DNA of 64,000 nucleotides from Nitrosopumilus sp. GTDB taxonomy: Archaea > Thermoproteota > Nitrososphaeria > Nitrososphaerales > Nitrosopumilaceae. The notes below the pieces were generated by a model. That model was not told where the DNA came from, searched no databases, and was given only the letters and a program-made list of their open reading frames with translations. Position numbers and translations under genes: made by a program. The stretch is taken from the NCBI GenBank assembly GCA_965207445.1, contig CBDBLX010000002.1, forward strand, positions 480,001 through 544,000, written 5' to 3'. This document shows, in pieces, positions 51,755-62,892 of the stretch; the stretch's first letter is position 1; each line of letters opens with the position of its first letter.

Positions 51755-53290
51755 ATGGAGCGCGCAGAAATTGCACGAAGACGTGAATCCAAATTCGTGC
51801 AGGAAAGCGCGGTCCGAGGCCTATGGCAGACGTGGCAGCAGGCAAAACAACATTCCAATGTACGCAATGATCCTGCAAGGGGTTCTGCGCCAGGCAACAG
51901 GTGCAAACTAGAGCCGTACATCATGGTTCTGGCACTCATACGCAAATACCGCAACGAAAGTGAAGGAACGTTGGGAGACATGTTTGGCATAAACCAGTCA
52001 ACTGTATCCACTTACCGATCGCATACTTGCAGAGACGCTGCCAACTCCTGAAAAAATTATGAATCTCATAAAAGAGATTGGCACTGCCAAAGAATTTGCA
52101 AGGTTATTCCCAGATGATACAGGTGAGTCGATATTGATGGAACACACGTGCGATTTGCAAGGCCCCTCAAGGCAGAAAGATTCTATGATATCATACAAGA
52201 AAAAGTATCCCAGTGGAAACACGGTCATAATGACATCAGCAGACGGCCTGATACTAAGCAAGTAAAACATACAACGGTCGGGTCCATGACATTGCAATAA
52301 CGCGGGATTTTCTAGAGGATATGGGCCAATTTGGTAAAATGCTTCAAGGCAAACTCAACAATACAGAGAACCAAAAACAGCAATCAGAACAGGCAGATAC
52401 AGAGAACCAAAAACAGCAATCAGAACAGGCAGATACAGAGAACCAAAAACAGCAATCAGAACAGGCAGATACAGAGAACCAAAAACAGCAATCAGAACAG
52501 TTCCAGAACGCAGATACAGAGAACCAAAAACAGCAATCAGAACAGGCAGTACAGAGAACCAAAAACAGCAATCAGAACAGGCAGATACAGAGAACCAAAA
52601 ACAGCAATCAGAACAGGCAGATACAGAGAACCAAAAACAGCAATCAGAACAGGCAGATTCAGAACAGGCAGATGTACAGGCGTAGAGAACCAAACAATCC
52701 ACTTTGAAAAAGCCCAAACAACTACGCGACTGCACACAAACAACCCAAAACAAACATCTGCAAGAAGAGTCATCAGAGTCCCATCTAAAGAAACAGAGAT
52801 AAGGATACTCCGCGGGCTAGTCGCGCTTGAAAAGTAGTATAATTCTGCAATGAATCTACTAAAAAATCTGAACAAAAGCGGTCCGTACTTGATGCATCTA
52901 GAAGACTCGAGGCCATTGTGGTCAAACAAGACAAGAGTTCTGGGCGATTCGGGATTTCAGGGATTAAAACAAGACATGATGTTCACTACCCGTTTAAGAA
53001 CTCAAAGAAGATGAAAATCACACCCGAGCAAAAAGCCGTACAATCGAGAATTGAGCAAGATACGCGTTTTGGTAGCCAAGCACTTTAGGCGCGTATCTGA
53101 GATGGACAACGGCAGTCTAGACGAGTTCAACAAAGAGTTTAACGTTGCCTGTGGATTGGCCAACCTTCGACACTACGTACCGGCACATACAACTACTGGG
53201 CCTCGAAGCTTACCAACATACGATAAACGTGCTAACATATGGCCGGTATCACACACCGGCCGCACGATCAAAATATACACAGTCAGCTAA
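51755..53290 (+). pseudogene. IS5-family (DDE_Tnp_4 / HTH_Tnp_4-like) transposase pseudogene with frameshifts, stops and an internal repeat
   Basis: LALIRKYRN.SEGTLGDMFGINQSTVS (HTH), NTVIMTSADGLIL, VLGDSGFQG, ITPEQKPYNRELSKIR, FNVACGLANLR. Confidence 0.75.
52361..52680. repeat. 36-bp tandem repeat (atacagagaaccaaaaacagcaatcagaacaggcag; TENQKQQSEQAD), about 8 copies
   Basis: Directly visible inside the transposase pseudogene. Confidence 0.9.
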
Positions 53291-53526
53291 TAATTTAATG
53301 CATTGCCCCCAATGTCTGCGCACTAAAAGTATCTACGTGTGGCGCACGCCCATCATGCCGACAGTCTCTTTTACACATATCATTGTACCACTCAATATCA
53401 TGATCACTATCACACCGGTCTTCTTACACATATCGGAAATTTTGCGTACAATACGGCTACTATGCGGCTACTATGCGGCTCTATGCGGCCACATATCTGC
53501 AAATCTACCCGAATAAAGATATACAA

Positions 53527-53604
53527 ATCTATCATTAAGTGGAAATAAAATGATAGACAGGAACGATATTAGATCATCACAAAAATGTGATTTAAGCGAT
53601 CAGT
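53527..53604. repeat. 78-bp direct repeat, copy 2
   Basis: Identical to 51216-51293. Confidence 0.9.
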
Positions 53605-53804
53605 GTGACTGGAAATGCAATAGTGTCAATTATTTGCAGGAGGAGGGAACATAGTTGTGCTGCTCAACCTCGTGGCAAAAACACACAACATGCAAAAAAA
53701 CCATGTCTCAAAAGTGATTGCGAGTGTTGTAAGTGGTGGTTGCACAATACCGATTGACAAGATATTGCAAGAGTCATCGAATTCAAAGAAAAAAATAACG
53801 GCCA

Positions 53805-55136
53805 ATGGTGTGTCTGAGATGCTACAAGATGCTAAACACGTTAAAGACACAAAATGAAGAATTGGCCAAGGACAATAAAAAATATCAAAAGATCAACAAA
53901 GAGCTAAGGGCCAAGAAAAACGGCATCAAGGCAGTCACTGCTAGTGATAAACCTGACAAAACGCCAGGAGAAAATAAACCAAGGGGCAGGACCCAAGGGG
54001 CAAAAAGCTACCAAAACTACGCGCCCTACAAACATAACCAGAACAGAGGTGGTAGATGGCACTACATGCCCACAATGCAAAAACCCACTCTCATCGACCA
54101 TAACAGACGAGTATGACAGGGTGGTCCAAATTATCACAACAATCACAGAGTATGTCAAGTTTGATATCAAACGTCGCTGGTGTAGTAAATGCAAAAAGTG
54201 CAGCAACCCATTTCAAACGTAAGGCCTCATGCACGCCGTTCAACTAATCATTCTGCAACCACAGTCACACTAAACATGAAAGGTCTATCACACGCAAAGA
54301 CTGCAGAATTCAGCAAAGATGTCATGCAAGTTGAGATCTCCCCATCAGCGGCATATCGTGACAAGATATCACATGTCAAAGCACAAAAATCAAAACACGA
54401 TGAGATTAAACAAAAAATTTTGAACAAAAGCGAGTTAGGGTGTGATGAGTTTGACTGGCCTGGGGCAAACAAAAAACGTGCGTGCGGTTTAATTGCGCTC
54501 GGAGACGACTGTTGTCTAATAGAGATAACTGACAACAAAACAATATCCACCCTCAAAAAATTCCTGCCAAAATACAATGGACTAGTACGGCATGACTCTA
54601 ATCCATCATGGGGTCACATTGGAATACAACATCAGATGTGTTTGTCACATCAGACTCGACTGCCAAAAAAAGACATCAGATATGTAAATCCAAAAGGTGC
54701 AGTACTGCGATTTCTCAACACATTAGTTCAAATATTCAAACAATTCTATAAAGCAGATGAAATAGACGATCCTCACACACGACAAGTGGCCTCATATTGT
54801 TTGGACAGCCAACTGCGCCAACTAATGAACAATGATTGGACAAAGGAAAAAGACTGGGACGGTGACAAAGAGGGCATAATAAACAGATTCAAAAAGAGAT
54901 GGAGACGCGAAGGATACCATATGAGCACCTTTTTACACATAAAGGGCATACCACCAGACAATAATGACGTTGAACGAACTAATCGAATATTTGTATCCAT
55001 AAAAAATGATGGTGGTGGAAACAGAACGTCGCGTGGTATGGAGGCCAACTCAATATTATTCACACTGCTTGCAACAGGTAAGATCAGCGGCGAGATCTTT
55101 TTTGATATGCTGTGCAAGGGATACAAACCTGGCTAA
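53805..55136 (+). pseudogene. IS66-family transposase (TnpC) split by two frameshifts
   Basis: Coiled-coil N-terminus (53805 ORF), CPQC...WCSKCKK zinc finger (53944 ORF), then GCDE, VRHD, HQMCLSH, PDNNDVER and GNRTSRG (54189 ORF). Confidence 0.8.
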
Positions 55137-55296
55137 AACTACAGAATCATCTATGTGCCCATCTGCGTATTGTAATCAACTACGCATTATTATTGTCAAT
55201 TGATTATATATGAATATACAACGCCGAGATCATCATGATCGGAAAAATGCGCATGATCATTTACCTTATGTGTGCGCTTCAAAAAGCAAAATAGTT

Positions 55297-55483
55297 ACGA
55301 AAATTACGACAGACTTTGGTGGAAAATTATCCATAATGGATGCGTTTGTGGATTCAATTGCCGGATTGATCAGAAGACTGTTTCGATGGGAATTAAAACA
55401 TAGTAGTTACTTGCCATAGTAAATCTGCCGCACTGTATAATTAAAAATAAGATCATTAAAATTGAGCACATTGTGAACTACTG
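55297..55483 (+). mobile_element. Third copy of the ISH3-like right end
   Basis: Homologous to ~46987-47176 and ~50037-50225; ends in cacattgtgaactactg. Confidence 0.75.
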
Positions 55484-55868
55484 GCGTGGGGAACTTACCA
55501 TCCAGAACCGCTGTGCTCTGATACAACGGACTACTCTATTTGTATTCTATCCGCACGAGGATCCCGGTACCCATTACACGTGATATAACTAAGCCGCTTG
55601 GAATGAATAGAAAATGGACCGGAAGGAGTTTGAATCCTGCAAGGTTCAAACCGCATACAATGGCAGAAGTCGATCGGGATGCCTGCAAACTCCCTACTAT
55701 TTTTCTTTTTGATTATGCTTGTACACTTGGCTCAATTGTTACTGTTGTTGCGTGTTGTCGCTTCGGCAAGTGTACAAGTAGATGGTACGCCACCGGTCTA
55801 TGCCGATATACACGATCCTCTTTTGAGAAAAGGAAACGATTTAAAGAAACTGCCGTCAAGGTAACAGT

Positions 55869-56129
55869 ATGGAAAATCCTGACCATCTAAAGATCGAGGA
55901 TAGACTCCAGACAGACCCAAAGGTGGCGTCCGACCCCTCAATCCATGCAGGCCAGCACGTACTGGATGACATGGACTTTCGAGAGGAACTGGCAAAATCC
56001 ATAGGGCTTGACAGGGTTCCAGATTTAGACCCAAAAGCATTTGACCGCATCAAGGGGATCTTGTCAGAGGAATGGGGTGAGGGGAGATTTGATGCCGTAG
56101 AATCTGTTAGAGAAGTGAGAGGTTGGTAA
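55869..56129 (+). CDS. Putative antitoxin (VapB-like partner)
   Basis: Small acidic ORF ending DAVESVREVR; overlaps the PIN gene start. Confidence 0.6.
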   Translation: MENPDHLKIEDRLQTDPKVASDPSIHAGQHVLDDMDFREELAKSIGLDRVPDLDPKAFDRIKGILSEEWGEGRFDAVESVREVRGW

Positions 56130-56677
56130 GAAAGACTTACCTTGATTCCAACATTCTACTGGCCGTATCAGCAGGTCTGGAGAAAGAACCGGATCAGTTC
56201 AGAATGGCTACACGTGTGCTGGATGAGATTGGGAGCGGCGATGCGTTGGGGACCGTATCATCATTGGCGCTGATGGAGGTCATAACAGTAATGCGTGTAA
56301 AAAAAGGCAGGGAAACACATCGTTTGGGTTCTATGCCTGACGATCAGCAGTCTGAGTTTGTGTTACGCGAAAGCAGAACAATGTACGGCAAGCTAATTGC
56401 AGAGCTTATGAGGCTGCCTGGTCTAAAGTTTGAACATGGACAAAATATGGGTGTGGGTACTGTCATGAAAAATGCCCTGAACACAATCCATGAAACTGGG
56501 GGGCATGTAAGATCTAGTGGAAAGTCACGATTCAGTGGCGTGGGCACGGTTGATGTGCTTCATGCGTTGTTGGCACAAAACATGGACTGTAATGAATTGG
56601 TAACTTTTGACAAGGGTTTTGATGAGATGGCCAGAATTGCCGCGTTTGAAGGCTTGACGTTCCGAATCCTAAATTGA
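56123..56677 (+). CDS. vapC: PIN-domain (VapC-like) toxin
   Basis: YLDSNIL, SSLALMEV, DVLHALLA and LVTFDKGF carry the PIN acidic residues. Confidence 0.85.
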   Translation: MVRKTYLDSNILLAVSAGLEKEPDQFRMATRVLDEIGSGDALGTVSSLALMEVITVMRVKKGRETHRLGSMPDDQQSEFVLRESRTMYGKLIAELMRLPGLKFEHGQNMGVGTVMKNALNTIHETGGHVRSSGKSRFSGVGTVDVLHALLAQNMDCNELVTFDKGFDEMARIAAFEGLTFRILN

Positions 56678-56758
56678 GGATGTGCTGGACGTCACATTGA
56701 AATTACTCCTCCCCCCTACATCTTGACGTTCCGAATCCTAAATTGAGGATGTGTTGGA
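56653..56758. repeat. 37-bp direct repeat (56653-56689 and 56722-56758, 1 mismatch) around a 32-bp spacer
   Basis: cttgacgttccgaatcctaaattgaggatgtg(c/t)tgga occurs twice and spans the vapC stop codon. Confidence 0.9.
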
Positions 56759-56877
56759 GATATACGGGTGCGACGACGACGACCCGCTCGCATACATGAG
56801 AGCCTAGGGTATCTGTGGTACTGACGGGCAAAGACCCGGAGACGGATCCGCGCGACTTTGAGACCCTCCTAGACTGA

Positions 56878-59721
56878 TCATCTGGTCCTGCATTTTTTGC
56901 ACCATGATTGCGGCCTGATCAGCCCGTCCATGTTACGAAACCCGAACAATTTTTCAACTTCCTGCCTTGTGCGCGCCGCTTTGCCGCATCTGGGGCATCT
57001 TGCATCCTCGTTTGCAGATGTGTCTGACTTGGAATGCTTTGCAATTATTGCACGGACATCTGAAGGATGAAACGCAACATCCCACATCCATGTTCCGTAT
57101 CTACCATCTTTGTTCACGACATCAATCCATTCTTCCAAATACCTGCGCTTTTCCTTGTTCTGTGTACTGTCCACGCCCTTTATCTCCAGAACCAGCATTA
57201 TGTTGTTTCTGAGTCTTATCAGGAAATCCGGGTAATAATCATGTATGATGCCATTGAACAAGTATTTTATCACAAACCCCAAGTGATCGTTCTTGGTCCA
57301 CGACGTAACATTTCTGTTGCGTTCTAGCTCCTGCCCGGCGCCCATCTCCCATGTGGAATCGTATACTGCCATGTTGATGTGGGACTTTGTAGTGTACTCG
57401 GTGGGTTTCTTTGTGTGCCATGGCCTCATATCCGATGTGGATTTAACGGGCTTGGAGTTGAACACAATGTTCCTCTTTGTGACGTTCGAGTCCTTGATGG
57501 CCTTACACACGTGCGATACGACCTTTGACATGTTAAACAGAATGGTCATCCTTGTACGCAGATCGTCTCCTGATACGTCAGTGACCTTGATCTTGCCGGA
57601 ATGGACAAACTCCTCGACCAGTTTTACTACCTGCGCCAGTAGGTACTCTCTGCCTCCGCTCCAATCGGGCGACATACTGTCGTACACATCCTTTGCGGCG
57701 ACAAAGATCACGCGTTGCAGCCTTATCTTCCCGTCTAGATCGTGCAGGTCTATCTCTGACATTTTGTCTACGTGGGGTTTGCCCGCTAAGATCTGGGCCA
57801 TTCCTGCAGTGGTGCTGGTGCCGTCACTCCTCAGGTTGAGCGTGTGGATGTTTTTCCAATTTACACTGAGTCTTGGTAAGAGTTCCATGTCTATTCTGTC
57901 TATGTGGGGCCAGGATATCATGTGCTCTGCCTTGTCTACATCCGGCTCGATTAGAGTCGTGGCTGCATCCGGTGGGGGTGGTGGACCATTCCCTCCCTCG
58001 TGAGGCAGGAACGTGAACGGCACCCCAAACACATTGACATACTCTGGAGAGAACAAGCCTGTGTCACAGCTTGTTTCATAAGACGTTCTTCGAAGCCCGC
58101 GTCCGACCACCTGCTCGCACAGCAGCTGGCTACTAAACGCCCTCAGGCCCATGATGTGGGTGACGTTCCTGGCATCCCAGCCCTCGGAGAGCATCTGCAC
58201 CGCGACAATGTTTCTTATCTGCTCCCCGGGCTTGCCTGTCTTGCCTACTGTGTCAACAATACTCCTGAGGTATTCCTCACTACCGGTTCCCGTGGCATCC
58301 TTTTCTTCTGCTTTGTTGATAGTGGTGGAATCGATGTGTAGTAGGTGCTCTTTCACGGCGAGCTCGGCCATCTCGAACCTGTCGTTTTCAAACGAGTGCA
58401 TTACTCGGGCGGCAGTCTCCGTCCTGTTGCAGACCGTTATCATGACGGGTGGTATTCTTGAGCCGCTCTTGCCCCATCGCTTTTTTGTCGCCGCCCAGTC
58501 ATGGCCTAGCAGCATGTATGCATTTACTACCAGATCCGGCAGCTTTTCATGGGGTTTGGCATTCCTGTTCAGATCGGGCTTTACCTCCTCGTCCCTGTAC
58601 AGGTGGTAAAACCTGGATTTGTAGTCTTTTGTGAACCTGTTGCTGTCGTCACGTATGACCACTCTCGGAGTCTTTGTCAGGCCGGATTCTATGGCATCGT
58701 TGAGCGAAAAGTCTGACACTATCCATTCAAACAGCGTGTCCTCCGTCACGTTCTTTCCCGTCGGGATGAACGGGGTGGCCGAAAAGTCAAAACATCTCAT
58801 GATGCCTCGGGCATCGTGTATTCTGTCGAGGCCCTCGATCCAGCGTCTGTCACGCTCGATCTCTCTTTTTGAGATTCCCTTTGCTTGTTCGGCATCTGCC
58901 CTGTACGCGTGATGGGCCTCGTCATTTATTACCACTATATTGGAATGATCATGTTCAAGAATCCGCTTTGAAAAGACTGTATTGCTTTCTGCCCCTCGCT
59001 TCACAACGCTTCTGGGCGCGTCTGTTTCGGGCATCAAAGTATGCCAGTTGTGTATCGTGATTCTACCCAGAAATAGTTTCTGGTGATATCCCTCGGGCAC
59101 TATCTCAAACTGATCGTACATGCTGTCACTGCTTGATGGTAGCAGTACCTGCAGCCTCGACTTTACTGTCAGCCCGGGAGCCATGACAAGTATGTTCTTT
59201 GAGAATCTAGAGTCCTGCGGATATGTGGTCTTGTTTATTATCTGCCACACAATCAGCATCGCCATTACTATCGTCTTGCCGGTTCCGGTCGCCATCTTGC
59301 AGCACAGCCGCTGAAACTCCCCGCCGTCTGACGGGATGTCGATCCCACGTCTTTCTGACTCGTGCGCCTCGACCAGCCAGATGAGCGTCTCTATCGCCTC
59401 CAACTGGCAGAAGAATAACCGGTTCTCGCGCTTTGTGGCATCATGCCAAAACTCCAAGAGATTTCTTGTCACTCCTGTGACGTTGGGATATCCTTTCTCT
59501 CTCCATGCATCCACCCTGTCACGTATCCTGTTGACCAGCTCGAGTTCCCGAAATTCCCCCGGATCATCAAATGACTTACTGTCTTCGGTGGCCATGAGAA
59601 AGCCCGCGGGTCTGCGTCCATCAACGAGCTCGAATCTTCTCCGTGCGCGGTCATACCTATAATGCCCGGTGGGCATTTGGTACGGGTTGCAAATTATAAG
59701 ATTCTCGATTTGGGTAGTCAT
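56878..59721 (-). CDS. res: Type III restriction enzyme Res subunit with C-terminal Cys4 zinc-ribbon extension
   Basis: FFCQLEAIET, KMATGTGKT, NDEAHH, FSATP, MLSEGWD, QVVGRGLRR, YPDFLI..LEIKG; tail CPRCG...QSWCKKCR. Confidence 0.9.
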   Translation of the reverse strand: MTTQIENLIICNPYQMPTGHYRYDRARRRFELVDGRRPAGFLMATEDSKSFDDPGEFRELELVNRIRDRVDAWREKGYPNVTGVTRNLLEFWHDATKRENRLFFCQLEAIETLIWLVEAHESERRGIDIPSDGGEFQRLCCKMATGTGKTIVMAMLIVWQIINKTTYPQDSRFSKNILVMAPGLTVKSRLQVLLPSSSDSMYDQFEIVPEGYHQKLFLGRITIHNWHTLMPETDAPRSVVKRGAESNTVFSKRILEHDHSNIVVINDEAHHAYRADAEQAKGISKREIERDRRWIEGLDRIHDARGIMRCFDFSATPFIPTGKNVTEDTLFEWIVSDFSLNDAIESGLTKTPRVVIRDDSNRFTKDYKSRFYHLYRDEEVKPDLNRNAKPHEKLPDLVVNAYMLLGHDWAATKKRWGKSGSRIPPVMITVCNRTETAARVMHSFENDRFEMAELAVKEHLLHIDSTTINKAEEKDATGTGSEEYLRSIVDTVGKTGKPGEQIRNIVAVQMLSEGWDARNVTHIMGLRAFSSQLLCEQVVGRGLRRTSYETSCDTGLFSPEYVNVFGVPFTFLPHEGGNGPPPPPDAATTLIEPDVDKAEHMISWPHIDRIDMELLPRLSVNWKNIHTLNLRSDGTSTTAGMAQILAGKPHVDKMSEIDLHDLDGKIRLQRVIFVAAKDVYDSMSPDWSGGREYLLAQVVKLVEEFVHSGKIKVTDVSGDDLRTRMTILFNMSKVVSHVCKAIKDSNVTKRNIVFNSKPVKSTSDMRPWHTKKPTEYTTKSHINMAVYDSTWEMGAGQELERNRNVTSWTKNDHLGFVIKYLFNGIIHDYYPDFLIRLRNNIMLVLEIKGVDSTQNKEKRRYLEEWIDVVNKDGRYGTWMWDVAFHPSDVRAIIAKHSKSDTSANEDARCPRCGKAARTRQEVEKLFGFRNMDGLIRPQSWCKKCRTR

Positions 59722-62231
59722 TGTTCCAGCGGTATGATTTTCAGGGATTCGATTCCACGATCGTCGATTATCTTTACTGCCGCCTGCTTGTTTTGACCTG
59801 CTTCAAACGGGATTGATTTCGTGCCTTGGTATTTTACAATTAATTCTTCGTCAATATGAGCTTGTAAAGTCTTTGCTAATTTAGTCCATCCACCTATTTC
59901 TTCTTTCAATGGGAAAAACACTTGTTGTGGATATATGCTTCTACCGTCATAATCTTCATCTAACATCCACATCGCAATATTTGATACATTGCCCGATTTT
60001 ATTTGTCCGTCTCTTGTGTCGTAATAATCGAACCCTTTTACTGCAACGACATATTTTTTATTTTTTATTTTTTCTAGCTTGACATCTGGCTGACCCATTA
60101 GCCAAAATGATTCGTTACTAGCACGTTTTCTTTTCAAATCCTTTGTTAGAAGATCTTTGTTTATTTCAGCCTTTAATATTGTAGTTTCTGGCCACTTTAA
60201 TTCATCAATATCTTTTGAAGCTTCCGGATCAAATTGCATAGCTACAAATATTATAATTTCAGGTTTTGGAACTAATTTCTGAGCTTCATTTATTGCATTT
60301 TCGACTTGTCTTGACTCTAATGGCGCATACTCTGGCCCAAACGAAATCATTACTCTTTTGGGATTTTTTTCTTTTGTTTCTGCATCTGCATGCAGCCATT
60401 TTGTGGCAGGATGAGACTCAACTTTTACAAATTCTATTTTTTGGTTATTTTTGCCTCGAATTCCAGTTTTAAATAATTCTTCTCTCCATTGCTGTTGATG
60501 TGAATCTGCTTTTTTTACCAACTTACTTTCTTTAGATTCTCTTGTAAGCACATCTATTGATTTAACGGTAGGTGCTGGAACAGCTTCTACAGTAAACGGC
60601 CCTGAGATCCTTATTAGATTTTTTTGTGCTACTGGCGCATCGTATAATATTTCTTCATTAATTGGTTCATTATTAGCCAAGGCTCCAAGAGTAATGTGAG
60701 GAACTGTCGCATACTTAAATCCTGATTTAACTCCCTCTTGTGGTTGGTTTAATTTATAATACTCAAACCTTGAGGTCATTAATCGTTGTTTTGCCAAGTA
60801 TATTGCAACTCTAGATGTGTCACACGTGATCCATCTCCTACCTTGCTGCTCTGCAACGAATGCTGTAGTTCCGGATCCACATGTAGGATCAAAAACCAGA
60901 TCTCCTGGTTCTGTAGTCATGAGTATACATCGTTGAATGGTCCCTGTTGCTGTTTGAACCGCATAAATTTTATTGGATACTAAAGCCATTTCATTCCATA
61001 AATTATCAACTTCTGCGAAAGGGAAGTCATCGTAATATTTGACAAATCGTAATGTATTTCCTGTTGGAATCACTCTGTTTTTTTCCACTAGTGACATCAT
61101 GCCTTTTTCATTTGTCACCCAACTTCTTCCTCCTGCACTGTATGGCGCTTGATATTTTTTGCCTCTGTATGTTACTTCAAAATCTGCCCCTTTATTGACT
61201 CCTGCAGGAGCAAGCTTATATGACGTAAAAACCCTTACATTTTTTGGAAGTTTATGTAAGCCTTGTAATTCCTCACTTGTTAATTTTCTCCTTGTCCCAT
61301 TTGCCTCTTCAACAAAATTCCATGTCCCACTTTCAAGTTCTTTTTTCTTAAACAACCTATTAAACGTCATTACCTTCTTGTTTTTTGCATACCAGATTAA
61401 ATAATCAGACACCGATCCGATAAATTTTGACCCCAATGGATTCATTTTTCTTCTGAACGTGATGACGCTGACAAAATTCTTGACACCAAAGATTTCGTCT
61501 AACAATTCCCTTACGTGGTGTATATTCTCATCAGAAATTTGAACAAAAATACTTCCTTTTTGACCAAGCAATTGTTTTGATAATATTAACCTGTCACGCA
61601 AATATGATAAATATGAATGAATTCCTAATTCCCATGTATCTCTATATGCTTTAATAGTTTCTGGCTCTTGAGTTAAATCCGCATCAACCCCATCTGCAAC
61701 ATTTTTTTTATTTACGAATGGCTGAAAATTGGAACCATATTTAATTCCGTATGGAGGATCCATGTAAATCATTTGTACCTTTTCCGTCATATTCTCTTTT
61801 TCTAATAATGAGTTCATGACAAGTAATGAATCTCCTGCAATAAGTCGATTTGACCAATTCTGATCGTGCTTATAAAATTCTATTGCATTTCTTAATGGTG
61901 GGTTGTTCTCTGGCAAATCAAAAAAATTGAATATGGTTTTCTGTTGATATTGTTCCGTTTTCATGACTTTCTCTAAAATAGTATGTGGATCAATTCTTTC
62001 ATGTACGTGCAATGAAACTGTATCAACTCTTAATTCCGTTTTTTCATTTTTTGTAGACCATATTAGTTGTGGATCAAGTCGCGGATCATGCGTATATTTT
62101 TTCCTTGATTTATCTGGATCGGTTTTTGATGTGACTAGGCCTGCATGAGGATTATTCGTTCTCTTAGATTCTCTGTGTGTGTACTGCTCTACGGACTCTT
62201 GCCTCTTTGTCCTTTTTTTCATGCTTGTCAT
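59718..62231 (-). CDS. mod: Type III DNA methyltransferase Mod subunit
   Basis: IYMDPPYG, DPTCGSGTT and AVKIIDDRGIE motifs; overlaps the res start by 4 bp. Confidence 0.92.
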   Translation of the reverse strand: MTSMKKRTKRQESVEQYTHRESKRTNNPHAGLVTSKTDPDKSRKKYTHDPRLDPQLIWSTKNEKTELRVDTVSLHVHERIDPHTILEKVMKTEQYQQKTIFNFFDLPENNPPLRNAIEFYKHDQNWSNRLIAGDSLLVMNSLLEKENMTEKVQMIYMDPPYGIKYGSNFQPFVNKKNVADGVDADLTQEPETIKAYRDTWELGIHSYLSYLRDRLILSKQLLGQKGSIFVQISDENIHHVRELLDEIFGVKNFVSVITFRRKMNPLGSKFIGSVSDYLIWYAKNKKVMTFNRLFKKKELESGTWNFVEEANGTRRKLTSEELQGLHKLPKNVRVFTSYKLAPAGVNKGADFEVTYRGKKYQAPYSAGGRSWVTNEKGMMSLVEKNRVIPTGNTLRFVKYYDDFPFAEVDNLWNEMALVSNKIYAVQTATGTIQRCILMTTEPGDLVFDPTCGSGTTAFVAEQQGRRWITCDTSRVAIYLAKQRLMTSRFEYYKLNQPQEGVKSGFKYATVPHITLGALANNEPINEEILYDAPVAQKNLIRISGPFTVEAVPAPTVKSIDVLTRESKESKLVKKADSHQQQWREELFKTGIRGKNNQKIEFVKVESHPATKWLHADAETKEKNPKRVMISFGPEYAPLESRQVENAINEAQKLVPKPEIIIFVAMQFDPEASKDIDELKWPETTILKAEINKDLLTKDLKRKRASNESFWLMGQPDVKLEKIKNKKYVVAVKGFDYYDTRDGQIKSGNVSNIAMWMLDEDYDGRSIYPQQVFFPLKEEIGGWTKLAKTLQAHIDEELIVKYQGTKSIPFEAGQNKQAAVKIIDDRGIESLKIIPLEQ

Positions 62232-62344
62232 ACCTCCATGTGGCCGCTGCCCTGAGAGATACTGTATGTAAAGCGTATATAACTTGTATTAAAACTGTAA
62301 TAAATCAGATAAGTGCAGGTATGGCTTAGATACATGATACATAC

Positions 62345-62614
62345 ATGAATGCGATACATCCGAACCTAGGCTATGTTATGGCCGGCAAATATCGGAAGAT
62401 CGTATTATTCACTCTGAAGACTGGTGCGTTATCTCCAACAGAGATCACTAAGAAAACAGGCCACTACCAAAGTCGAATAAGCGAAGCCTTGATTGATCTT
62501 GCCTCCAGAGACTTGGTTGTGTGCGTGAACCCTGATGCCCGAAAAGGTAAGTTGTATTGCCTTACATCAGATGGTGAGAAAGTCTGCTCTCAACTTGCTT
62601 GTCGTGACGCGTAA
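62345..62614 (+). CDS. Winged-HTH transcriptional regulator (ArsR/MarR-like), divergent from mod
   Basis: YRKIVLFTL..GALSPTEI...SRISEALIDL...LV.C.NPDARKGKLY.LT..G. Confidence 0.8.
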   Translation: MNAIHPNLGYVMAGKYRKIVLFTLKTGALSPTEITKKTGHYQSRISEALIDLASRDLVVCVNPDARKGKLYCLTSDGEKVCSQLACRDA

Positions 62615-62782
62615 GATTCATGACAACCTCGATTCTTTTGCTGTAGATGCATACTGATCTAGTAATAAACTGATCTAGCAATAAATTGATCTTTTTAAGA
62701 CGTATCAGCGTGTATTCTTGTCCCTCTTTCTCTGACATGTATTTGACGCGTTCCTGATAACCGTTCAACCACCGCACTTGCA

Positions 62783-62892
62783 TACTGATATGATTAAAGA
62801 TCCGATATTTTGATTGATATGCATCTCGAAGTTGAGCACATATTATGAATACGAAATATTAGAAAACTATCGGATCTTTAATGAAACTATTA
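62783..62892. repeat. 110-bp direct repeat, copy 1, containing a 90-bp element with 15-bp inverted ends
   Basis: attaaagatccgata (62793-62807) and tatcggatctttaat (62868-62882); second copy at 63315-63424. Confidence 0.85.

Noticed and set aside
52321..52837. Standalone Q-rich or R-rich proteins
   Set aside because: Frames opened by the 36-bp repeat within the transposase pseudogene.
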